DNA from: Candidatus Delongbacteria bacterium
Lineage (GTDB): Bacteria > CAIWAD01
Reading direction: 5' to 3'
Length of the DNA: 64,000 bases
NCBI GenBank assembly: GCA_963663545.1
Contig: OY760505.1
Span: 2,592,001-2,656,000 of the forward strand
In this document: piece after piece, positions 56,120 through 64,000 of the stretch
Numbering within the stretch: position 1 is the first letter of the stretch
How the letters are laid out: each line of letters starts with the position of its first letter
The notes under the pieces: model-generated
What the model was told of the DNA's origin: nothing
Seen by the model: only the letters and a program-made list of their open reading frames with translations
Database searches by the model: none
Translations under genes and position numbers: made by a program

Positions 56120-56198
56120 TACTTTCGTTAGTATTTGAGTGTAGTGTGGTAACTCGAGATTGCTGAGGCTTGTTGAATAACTGCAAAATGGAGACGGA

Positions 56199-57062
56199 AT
56201 GGCTAAAGCTGCGAGGGCCGAGTTCTTTCTGGCGCTGATGTGCCTGATCTGGGGGGCCACTTTTTCGGTAATCCGCGAGAGCCTGGCGGCCACGGATCCT
56301 TATTTATATCTGGCCTTGCGCTTCAGCCTGGCTCTGCCGATGGCCGCGGTGCTTTTTCGCAGGCACTTGAAGCTGCATGATCCGCGACTACTGCGCAGCG
56401 GCCTGTTGCTGGGGCTGGCGATGACAGGTGGATTTCTCTTTCAAACGGTCGGCTTGGCCTACACCACTGCATCCCGCTCTGGATTCATCACGGCCATCTA
56501 TATCGTACTCGTTCCGCTGTTGCTTGCTCTGAAGCGGCGTCGCATACCCGCTCCCGGTGTTCTGTTTGCCGCTCTCCTCGCCATGGGCGGAGTGGGTCTG
56601 TTAAGTGGGGGAATCGAGGCCTTTCGCGGTGGTGGCTGGCTTGGCCTGGGCGAGTCGCTGACTCTGCTTAGCGGCACTTTTTTTGCCGTACAGATTCTGT
56701 TATCCGGCTCCTTGCCCACACCCGAGAATCAGTGGACCCTACACTTCTGGCAGATAGCCGTGGTCACTGTGCTGGCCTGGATCTGCTGGCTCCTCTTTGG
56801 TAGCGCACGGATTCTGCCCGACACGCAACTGCTCATCAGCTTGCTTTTTACCGGCATGCTGGGAACGGTGGTCGCCTTCGCCTTTCAGCTTCGTTTTCAG
56901 CGCGAAACGAGTGCCGAACGGGCGGCGGTGGTATTCAGCCTGGAGCCGGTTTTTGCCGCTGTCACGGCCTTTATCTTACTTGGGGAGCGGCTTGGGCTAG
57001 TGGAACTCCTTGGCGGGGGCCTTATTCTTGTGGCTCTACTGCTTAGCAGGCATACAAAATAG
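56199..57062 (+). CDS. DMT/EamA-family transporter
   Basis: IWGATF, ALRF, QTVGLAYTTASRSGFIT and SLEPVFAA motifs, about 10 TM helices. Confidence 0.92.
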   Translation: MAKAARAEFFLALMCLIWGATFSVIRESLAATDPYLYLALRFSLALPMAAVLFRRHLKLHDPRLLRSGLLLGLAMTGGFLFQTVGLAYTTASRSGFITAIYIVLVPLLLALKRRRIPAPGVLFAALLAMGGVGLLSGGIEAFRGGGWLGLGESLTLLSGTFFAVQILLSGSLPTPENQWTLHFWQIAVVTVLAWICWLLFGSARILPDTQLLISLLFTGMLGTVVAFAFQLRFQRETSAERAAVVFSLEPVFAAVTAFILLGERLGLVELLGGGLILVALLLSRHTK

Positions 57063-57274
57063 CTTTGGGGTGTTGCAATTGTAACCGTAATTCCCGTTAC
57101 TAACGCCACTATGCGTATGATTTGACCATCCTCTCACATCCGCTACGTCCTTTCGGCCTTGCCGAAGCCTTGTGGCGCGACCTTTCGAGCTGATCCGCTC
57201 CGTTACAGCGATCGGCAACATTCCTGGTAACATTCCAGACATTTTCCCATTCGGGACAGAGCTACGGATTTCTT

Positions 57275-59164
57275 ATGTGGTGGGATCACGACGATACCTT
57301 TGAAGACGCAACTGCGTCTATGCCCTTTGGCAAGCTGCTGAAGCGCGTGTTGCCCTACCTGCGGCCTTGGCGTTGGCGCTTTGTGGGCTCCTTTATCCTG
57401 GCACTTGGCGGTGTGGCGACCATTCTGGCACAGCCGGTTGTCTTTCGTGACATGGTGGATCTGATTATCAATTCGGAGTACAATTCGGATCAGCTACGTC
57501 CCTTGATGGGCTTGTCCTTTCGCTACCTGGGTCTGATGGTTGGCGGCGCGGTTTTAAATGGAGTTGCCGCTGTTCTATTGGGACGCGCAGGCGTGCACGT
57601 TATCAACCGCATCAAGCGCGAGCTGTTTTCGCACACCCTTTCGCTTGGACTTGGGTGGATCGAACAGCATCCGGTCGGTACACTGGTGGCTCGCATCGAG
57701 TCGGACAGCCAGCGGCTGGTGAACCTGTGCAGTACTATGGCTATGCGCATCCTTTCCACGCTGGTGATGCTGATTGGAGCGCTGGTGGTGATTGCCGGTA
57801 CGGATCTGCGTCTGTTCGGTGTCGCCCTGGTGTTTATTCCGCTAATGCTGTTGGGCACAACCTTGCTGTTCAAGAAGCTGCGTCCGGCTTTCCGCAAAGA
57901 GCGCAAGCTATACGCGGAGGTGTCCGGTCAGGTGGCTGAGCTGGTTCCTGCGGCGCGCTTGTTGCAGGCGCTGGGACGCAATCGCTGGGCCGAGGAGCGA
58001 TTGCGCAGCCGCAACGAGGTCTATCGCCGGTTTACCTCGCGCCTCATGTTTCTTGAGTACGGCATGTGGCATGGGCTGGGTCTGGTGGAGATCGCTATGA
58101 CCGTCGTCGCGCTGTGGATGGGCATTGGTTGGATTGCTGACGGATCCATGACCGCCGGTACGCTCGTCATGTTTGCGCAGTACGCGGGCATGATCTACTG
58201 GCCAGTGATCGAGCTCTCGGAGCAGCTTGGCGAGATTCAGCGTGCGGGCGGAGCTGCCGATCGCATTTTCCAGTTGCTGGACACAACTCCAACCGTGCCG
58301 GTTCCCGCTGTGCCGCGGCCGGTGCCTGCGAATCCAGGCGTGATACGTTTTGATCAGGTGAGCTTTGCGTACACGGATGAGTTGGTGCTGAAGGATGTAA
58401 ACCTGGAGATCCGTTCGGGTGAAACCGTCGCGCTGGTTGGACCGACGGGCAGCGGCAAGAGCACGATCATCAATCTTGTAACACGTCTTCGCGATGTGAC
58501 ACAAGGACGTATCACGGTGGACGGCGTCGATATCCGCGATTTCGATCCGGGCGAGTATCGGCGTCGATTCGGCTTGGTGCTGCAGGATCTCTACCTCTTT
58601 CCGGCGAGCATTGCCGACAACCTGCGAGCCTTCCGCGAAGGCGTTGAGGACACGGAAGTGCGTCAGGCAGCGCGCGTGGCCGGTATCGAAGAGGAAATCC
58701 TTCGACGTCGTGACGGCTTCGATGGACGCCTGGCGGAACGCGGTGCCGATTTGAGCTACGGACAGCGTCAGCTACTTGCACTGGCTCGCGCATTGGCAGT
58801 TGATCCGCCGGTGTTGGTTTTGGACGAAGCAACCAGTAGCGTTGATCCGCGCACCGAGCGCTTTATCCAACGCACGCTGGCCAGACTTACCGAGAACCGC
58901 ACGACGCTGGTGGTGGCTCATCGATTGTCGACCGTGCGTCACGCAGATCGCATTCTTGTGATACGCGAGGGGCGCATTGTCGAACAGGGCAACCACGACG
59001 AGCTGCTGGCCTTGGATGGATTGTACGCCGAGTTGGTCCGTACGCAGTTGGGCGAGGACCTGACAGAAGAAAACGGCAACAACGGAAACGGTGTATCACA
59101 TGCCAATTCCGCTGTGATACACGGAGCGAATCCGATTGTCGACTCCGTGGAGGAGATAGGCTAG
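57275..59164 (+). CDS. ABC exporter half-transporter (TMD+NBD)
   Basis: GPTGSGKST, LSYGQRQ, VLDEATS, AHRLST. Confidence 0.93.
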   Translation: MWWDHDDTFEDATASMPFGKLLKRVLPYLRPWRWRFVGSFILALGGVATILAQPVVFRDMVDLIINSEYNSDQLRPLMGLSFRYLGLMVGGAVLNGVAAVLLGRAGVHVINRIKRELFSHTLSLGLGWIEQHPVGTLVARIESDSQRLVNLCSTMAMRILSTLVMLIGALVVIAGTDLRLFGVALVFIPLMLLGTTLLFKKLRPAFRKERKLYAEVSGQVAELVPAARLLQALGRNRWAEERLRSRNEVYRRFTSRLMFLEYGMWHGLGLVEIAMTVVALWMGIGWIADGSMTAGTLVMFAQYAGMIYWPVIELSEQLGEIQRAGGAADRIFQLLDTTPTVPVPAVPRPVPANPGVIRFDQVSFAYTDELVLKDVNLEIRSGETVALVGPTGSGKSTIINLVTRLRDVTQGRITVDGVDIRDFDPGEYRRRFGLVLQDLYLFPASIADNLRAFREGVEDTEVRQAARVAGIEEEILRRRDGFDGRLAERGADLSYGQRQLLALARALAVDPPVLVLDEATSSVDPRTERFIQRTLARLTENRTTLVVAHRLSTVRHADRILVIREGRIVEQGNHDELLALDGLYAELVRTQLGEDLTEENGNNGNGVSHANSAVIHGANPIVDSVEEIG

Positions 59165-60937
59165 ATGCGACAATTACGAAAAGTGCTGCGCTGGTTTTTA
59201 CCACTGTGGCGCACACAGATACGCGGTATGACTCTCGTCGTGATGCTGACGGCGCTTGCCGTGGCCGCCAACACCATCTATCCGCTGATGTTCAAATTCG
59301 TCATCGACAACATCGCCGACGGACATGCGCTTGCGGCACGCAAGTGGGTGTTGATCCTGCTGGGAGCGGGCGTGTTACAACAGATCATTCAGTGGATTCT
59401 GCCTGTATCACGGGCGTGGATGAACCTGCACTTCTCGCTGAACATTCGCATGGGCATCTTCAGCAGGCTGCTGCGCAAAACCACGCGCTTCTTTGTGAAG
59501 TACAGAAGCGGTGATCTTGTAACACGCCTGACCGATGACATCGATGTGGACGACAAGCTCTCCTGGTATTCGTGCTCCGGTATCATGCGTCCGGTCGAGG
59601 CTTTCTTGAGTCTAGGTTTCGCACTGGCGGTGATGTTTGCGCTGGACTGGCGTCTCACGCTGTTTGCCTTTGCCCCGCTGCCGGTGGTGGTCTGGCTACT
59701 GACCATGACGGAAAAACTGCAGGAGCGCCACTACAGCGAGCGGCAGCGCCGCACCAGTGAAACGGTGGATGTGCTTGAGTCTGCTTTCAGCGGAGTGCGC
59801 ATTGTGCTTAGCTACGTCGCAGAGCGCGCTCAGGAGATTCTCTTCGACAAGGCGCTGGTGCAGCGCGAGCGCGCCGAGAAGAACGTGCTGACCCTGCGCG
59901 CCGTGCTGGAGGGGCTGGGTGCACTGATGAACCAGTCCGGTGTCATTGTGGTGCTCTTTGTCGGCGCGGTGTATGTGGTGCGTCACGAAATCACCATCGG
60001 CGATTTCTACGCCTTTGTCACCTATCTCAGCCGCTTGACCGGTCCGCTATGGACCATCTCCTGGTTCTTCGTCTCCACCACGCTGGTGGGTGCGAGTGTG
60101 GATCGCTTCAAGGAGCTGGAGCAGGAGGAGGAGCGCGAGCCGGGACAGGCCAAACCCTCGTGCGTGGACGAGCTCGTGCTGGAGCAGGTGAGCTTTGCCT
60201 GGCCCTCAGAGCTGGCCGACGACGAGGGTCAACTGTTGCTGAAGAAGGTCGATTTGCGGGTGCGCGCCGGCGAAACCGTTGCCCTGGTCGGGCCGGTAGG
60301 TTGTGGCAAAAGCACTATGCTTGAGCTTGCTGCCGGTTTGCTGGAGCCCAAGCAGGGGCGCATTCATCTGGGCGGCACAGAGGTAAGTGATATCGCGCCC
60401 GAAGTCATGGGCGAGGTTCTGGGCTGGGTGCCACAAGAAAACCTGCTGTTCTCAGGAAGCGTGGCTGAAAACGTGAGCCTGGGCCGTACGGGTATCTCAA
60501 GAGTGGAAATCGACGGCGCACTGCTCACTGCTTGCGTTGCCGACGAGTTTCCCCGCGAGCGCGAGATCGCCCAGGGCGGCGTAGGTCTCTCGGGTGGTCA
60601 ACGAAGCCGTGTAGCCATGGCGCGCGCTCTGGTCACCAAACCCGCGTTCCTGCTGCTGGATGATGCCACCTCTGCGCTCGACGCCGAGACGGAAGTGCTG
60701 TTCTGGAAGCGAACGCGGCAGTGGCTACCCAAGGCTGGCATTCTGGTGTCGACGCATCGTGAGGCGACGGCTCGAGAAGCCGATCGCGTGGTTTGGCTGC
60801 AGGAGGGGCGTCTGATTCATGAGGGGCGTCATGAGGAACTTCTGCGCGACCATGCTGAGTACCAGCAACTCTTTGCCAAGGAGGATCAGCCTGCGCTTCA
60901 ATCCGAGGACAAGGAGCTCCTGCCCAGAGTCGGCTGA
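59165..60937 (+). CDS. ABC exporter half-transporter (TMD+NBD), heterodimer partner
   Basis: GPVGCGKST, LSGGQRSR and LLDDATS (degenerate Walker B). Confidence 0.92.
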   Translation: MRQLRKVLRWFLPLWRTQIRGMTLVVMLTALAVAANTIYPLMFKFVIDNIADGHALAARKWVLILLGAGVLQQIIQWILPVSRAWMNLHFSLNIRMGIFSRLLRKTTRFFVKYRSGDLVTRLTDDIDVDDKLSWYSCSGIMRPVEAFLSLGFALAVMFALDWRLTLFAFAPLPVVVWLLTMTEKLQERHYSERQRRTSETVDVLESAFSGVRIVLSYVAERAQEILFDKALVQRERAEKNVLTLRAVLEGLGALMNQSGVIVVLFVGAVYVVRHEITIGDFYAFVTYLSRLTGPLWTISWFFVSTTLVGASVDRFKELEQEEEREPGQAKPSCVDELVLEQVSFAWPSELADDEGQLLLKKVDLRVRAGETVALVGPVGCGKSTMLELAAGLLEPKQGRIHLGGTEVSDIAPEVMGEVLGWVPQENLLFSGSVAENVSLGRTGISRVEIDGALLTACVADEFPREREIAQGGVGLSGGQRSRVAMARALVTKPAFLLLDDATSALDAETEVLFWKRTRQWLPKAGILVSTHREATAREADRVVWLQEGRLIHEGRHEELLRDHAEYQQLFAKEDQPALQSEDKELLPRVG

Positions 60938-61123
60938 TCGCTCCATTAGATGAAAACCTAGAGAAATCGCAGTGTTATAGAGGGGCCGCACGCCCCTCTT
61001 CATTTGATGATCCTTTGCTCTTTGCTACTCTCATAGATCAGTGAAAATCCGGTCGAACCTGAGCCCCGCCTGCCGGTGGCCTTCGACCGATCCGCAATGC
61101 TTCAACAAGCAAAGAGGCGATCA

Positions 61124-61420
61124 ATGGAAAGCAGGATACTTGAACAGGCGACCATGGTGGTCAAGCCTGAACTGTGCAAGGGATGTGGCCTTTGCATTGC
61201 CGCCTGCCCGGTGAACGTGCTTTCGTTCAGCGAAAGCTTCAACACCAAGGGCTACCATTTCGCGGTGTATGCAGGGGAGAAGTGTACGGGATGTGGTACT
61301 TGCTACTACGCCTGTCCGGAGCCCGAAGCCATCATCGTCTGGAAAAAGGGCGCCAGTGTGCCCAGCGAGTTTGACCCGATGAATTACCAGGCAAGCGGTG
61401 TCTTCCCGGAGGAGGAGTAG
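61124..61420 (+). CDS. 2x[4Fe-4S] ferredoxin (delta) subunit of a 2-oxoacid:ferredoxin oxidoreductase
   Basis: [32 protein letters not shown]. Confidence 0.9.
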   Translation: MESRILEQATMVVKPELCKGCGLCIAACPVNVLSFSESFNTKGYHFAVYAGEKCTGCGTCYYACPEPEAIIVWKKGASVPSEFDPMNYQASGVFPEEE

Positions 61421-61422
61421 TC

Positions 61423-62475
61423 ATGAGCAAGAGTCTGATGAAGGGCAACGACGCAATTCTGCGTTCCGCCATTTTGGCCGGTTGCCGCTATTACTTCGGA
61501 TACCCCATCACCCCGGCGAGCGAGATTGCTGAATCCGCCGCCTATTTCATGCCCCGCGTTGGTGGCACCTTTATTCAGGCCGAGTCTGAAGTGGCTGCCA
61601 TCAACATGGTCTACGGTGCTGCCGGCAGCGGCAAGCGCATCATGACCGCCAGCTCCAGCCCCGGCATCAGCCTGAAGCAGGAGGGAATCTCCTACTGCGC
61701 CGGCGCCGAGCTGCCGCTGGTTATCGTCAACATCAATCGTGGTGGTCCCGGTCTGGGCAACATTGCTCCCGAGCAGTCCGATTACAACCAGCTCTGCAAG
61801 GGCGGCGGTCACGGCAACTATAAGACGCCGGTGCTGGCTCCCAACAGTGTGCAGGAAATGGCCAGTCTGGTCCGCAAGGCCTTTGACCTGGCCGACGAAT
61901 ACCGCACGCCAGTCTACGTGCTGGCCGATGGAACCATTGGTCAGATGATGGAGCCCGTGTCTTTTGACGAGCCCGTTACCGAGTTGCCGCGCCGCGACTG
62001 GGCCCTCTACGGCGACGCCGAGTCCAAGCGCAACTTGATCAGCTCCATCGATCTGGAGCCGGTGGATCTGGAGAAGCACAACGAGCACCTGCAGGCCAAG
62101 TATCGCACCATCGAAGAGAACGAGGTGATGGTCGAGGAGTTCATGTGCGACGATGCCGAGTTGGTCCTGGTGGGCTATGGCATTGTTAGCCGTCTGCTGC
62201 GCACGGTGGTGGAAGAGCTGCGCAAGCAGGGCAAGAAGGTCGGTCTGCTTCGTCCGATCACCCTGCTGCCCTTCCCCAAGAAGGAGCTGGCTAAGCTGGC
62301 TGACCGCGTGAAATGCTTCATGGTGGTCGAGCTGTCCAACGGTCAGATGATTGACGATGTCCGCCTTGCGATTGAATGCCGCAAGCCGGTGCATTTCTAC
62401 AACCGCATGGGTGGCATGATTCCCTCGACGGCCGAGTTGATGGATCGTGTCCAGCAGCTGTGCAAGGAGATCTAA
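61423..62475 (+). CDS. vorB: 2-oxoisovalerate/2-oxoacid:ferredoxin oxidoreductase alpha-type subunit VorB
   Basis: [55 protein letters not shown]. Confidence 0.88.
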   Translation: MSKSLMKGNDAILRSAILAGCRYYFGYPITPASEIAESAAYFMPRVGGTFIQAESEVAAINMVYGAAGSGKRIMTASSSPGISLKQEGISYCAGAELPLVIVNINRGGPGLGNIAPEQSDYNQLCKGGGHGNYKTPVLAPNSVQEMASLVRKAFDLADEYRTPVYVLADGTIGQMMEPVSFDEPVTELPRRDWALYGDAESKRNLISSIDLEPVDLEKHNEHLQAKYRTIEENEVMVEEFMCDDAELVLVGYGIVSRLLRTVVEELRKQGKKVGLLRPITLLPFPKKELAKLADRVKCFMVVELSNGQMIDDVRLAIECRKPVHFYNRMGGMIPSTAELMDRVQQLCKEI

Positions 62476-62476
62476 G

Positions 62477-63916
62477 ATGGCGAGCTCCAAAATCCTGATG
62501 AAGTCCGACGCTTTCTACGGTGATTTCGAGCGTTCGGCCAATGCAGATAAGAAGACCACCCACTATTGCCCAGGCTGTGGTCACGGTAATGTGCATAAGA
62601 TGATTTCCGAAGCGCTGTCCGATTTCGGCGTCGTGGATCGCTCGATTCTCGTCAGTCCCGTCGGCTGTTCGGTGTTCGCGTACTATTATTTCGATATTGG
62701 CAACATCCAGGCGGCCCACGGCCGCGCTCCCGCAGTGGCTACCGGAATCAAGCGCGCACTGCCCCATAGCATCGTCATGAGCTATCAGGGTGACGGTGAC
62801 CTAGCCGCCATCGGCACCGCCGAGATCGTGCACGCCGCCAACCGTGGTGAGAACATAACCGTCTTCTTCATCAATAATGCCATTTACGGCATGACGGGTG
62901 GACAGATGGCGCCGACGACGCTGGTGGAGCAGAAGTCGACCACTTCGCCCTACGGTCGTAACCCCGAGAACGAGGGCTACCCCATCAAGGTTTGCGAACT
63001 GATCAACAGCCTGGACGCTCCCGTGTACATCGAGCGCGTTTCGCTGCACAGCACCAAGCATCGTCTGCAGACTCGCAAGGCTATTCGCAAGGCCCTGCAG
63101 AGCCAGATCGACAACAAGGGCTTCAGCATCGTCGAGATCCTGAGCGCCTGCCCCAGCGGCTGGAAACTGCCCGCCGTGGATTGCAACGCCTGGATCGAAG
63201 AAAACATGCTGCCCATCTTCCCGCTGGGCACCCTGCGCGATCGCATTGACGAGACTCCTTCCCGCGAGCGGAAAGTCATCGAGCTGACCAGTCGCCAGAT
63301 TCAGGAGCAGATCGACGTGATCGTTCCCGAGAAGGAACTGCCCGCGCGCACTCAGGTGGAAGAGCGTTTCCAGAATCCCGAGATCCTGGCTGCCGGTTTT
63401 GGTGGGCAGGGTATCATGCTGTTGGGTGTCTGTCTGGCGCAGGCCGCCATGGAGGAAGGTCTGGCTTCGAGCTGGATTCCCGCCTACGGTCCCGAAATGC
63501 GTGGTGGAACCGCCAACTGCTCCGTGCGCATCAGTGACACGGAGATCGGTAGCCCGCTGGTGGTCAACCCCGACATTCTTTTCGCCTACAATCGTCCTTC
63601 GCTGGAGAAATTTGAGAGTTCGGTCAAGCCCGGCGGTTTGATCCTTTACGACAGCTCCCTGATCGACGTTGAACCCAATCGCAGTGATTGCGACATTGTG
63701 CCGATTCCGTTCACCAAGATCGCCGACGATCTGGGCAATACGCGTATCGCCAACATGGTCGGCTTTGGTGCGGTGTTGGGCTACACCAACCTGCTGAATC
63801 TCGAGACGGCATTGAATGCCCTGAACAGTGCGGTAAAGGCCAAGAAGCTGATCCCGCTGAACCAGGAAGCCGTGAAGAAGGGATACGAAGTTGGCAAGTC
63901 CATGCGCAGAAGCTGA
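62477..63916 (+). CDS. vorA: 2-oxoacid:ferredoxin oxidoreductase fused beta (TPP-binding) + gamma subunit (VorA-type)
   Basis: THYCPGCGHG, HGRAPAVATG, GDGDLAAIG and NNAIYGMTGGQ, followed by AGFGGQG and YGPEMRGG. Confidence 0.85.
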   Translation: MASSKILMKSDAFYGDFERSANADKKTTHYCPGCGHGNVHKMISEALSDFGVVDRSILVSPVGCSVFAYYYFDIGNIQAAHGRAPAVATGIKRALPHSIVMSYQGDGDLAAIGTAEIVHAANRGENITVFFINNAIYGMTGGQMAPTTLVEQKSTTSPYGRNPENEGYPIKVCELINSLDAPVYIERVSLHSTKHRLQTRKAIRKALQSQIDNKGFSIVEILSACPSGWKLPAVDCNAWIEENMLPIFPLGTLRDRIDETPSRERKVIELTSRQIQEQIDVIVPEKELPARTQVEERFQNPEILAAGFGGQGIMLLGVCLAQAAMEEGLASSWIPAYGPEMRGGTANCSVRISDTEIGSPLVVNPDILFAYNRPSLEKFESSVKPGGLILYDSSLIDVEPNRSDCDIVPIPFTKIADDLGNTRIANMVGFGAVLGYTNLLNLETALNALNSAVKAKKLIPLNQEAVKKGYEVGKSMRRS

Positions 63917-63939
63917 CGGGCAGGTAGCCTGAGTATCAC

Positions 63940-63967
63940 ACGGGCGGTCCGTCGGACCGCCCGTTTT
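63940..63967 (+). terminator. Rho-independent terminator
   Basis: ACGGGCGGTCC-gtc-GGACCGCCCGT followed by TTT. Confidence 0.75.
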
Positions 63968-64000
63968 AGTATGGAATGCCGATGCTGGGATTGGTCTTGG

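Noticed and set aside
526..63939. GTGATAC as a Chi or KOPS site, or as a codon-usage artefact
   Set aside because: It occurs on both strands in comparable numbers, in several reading frames and between genes.
1..64000. CRISPR array, rRNA, tRNA, prophage or DGR
   Set aside because: I saw no regularly spaced direct repeats, cas genes, reverse transcriptase, phage genes or RNA-gene signatures.

Overview
Bacterial chromosomal window, GC-rich (my estimate is about 57%). It probably comes from an anaerobic FCB-group lineage, inferred from T9SS-like C-terminal domains, 2-oxoacid:ferredoxin oxidoreductase genes and an electron-bifurcating complex. From left to right it holds: the 3' part of an RND transporter; an operon of three secreted proteins (about 2507, 3756 and 240 aa) sharing five copies of an unnamed ~135-aa 'GLD...LPPxPP...FDxR' domain; a selenium operon (yedE, tusA/yedF, DUF3343, Cys/Sec lyase, selD) whose SelD is a selenoprotein (in-frame UGA plus a SECIS-like hairpin, missed by the ORF track); a divergent NuoE/NuoF/large GltD-fusion trio with the StnABC transhydrogenase architecture; and a mannoside cluster (GH130, ROK kinase, CBM9-like, SSS symporter, GH38). 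Next is a ~9 kb island with lower-GC genes. It is an integrase-less integron cassette array (CALIN) whose attC sites were hit twice at the same base by an IS1111-type (IS110 family) element. That element's 3' non-coding end carries candidate bridge/seekRNA guides and was itself interrupted by an intact IS630. The island is bracketed by inverted ~190-bp repeats that show compensatory base-pair changes. The right end has rhodanese and MauE/DoxX genes, four tandem TetR paralogues, a DMT permease, a heterodimeric ABC exporter and vor genes. Across the window the heptamer GTGATAC/GTATCAC (family GTRWYAC) is strongly over-represented: about 90 copies by eye against roughly 6 expected. It is nearly absent from the island, and it looks like an undescribed HIP1/DUS-like genomic motif.
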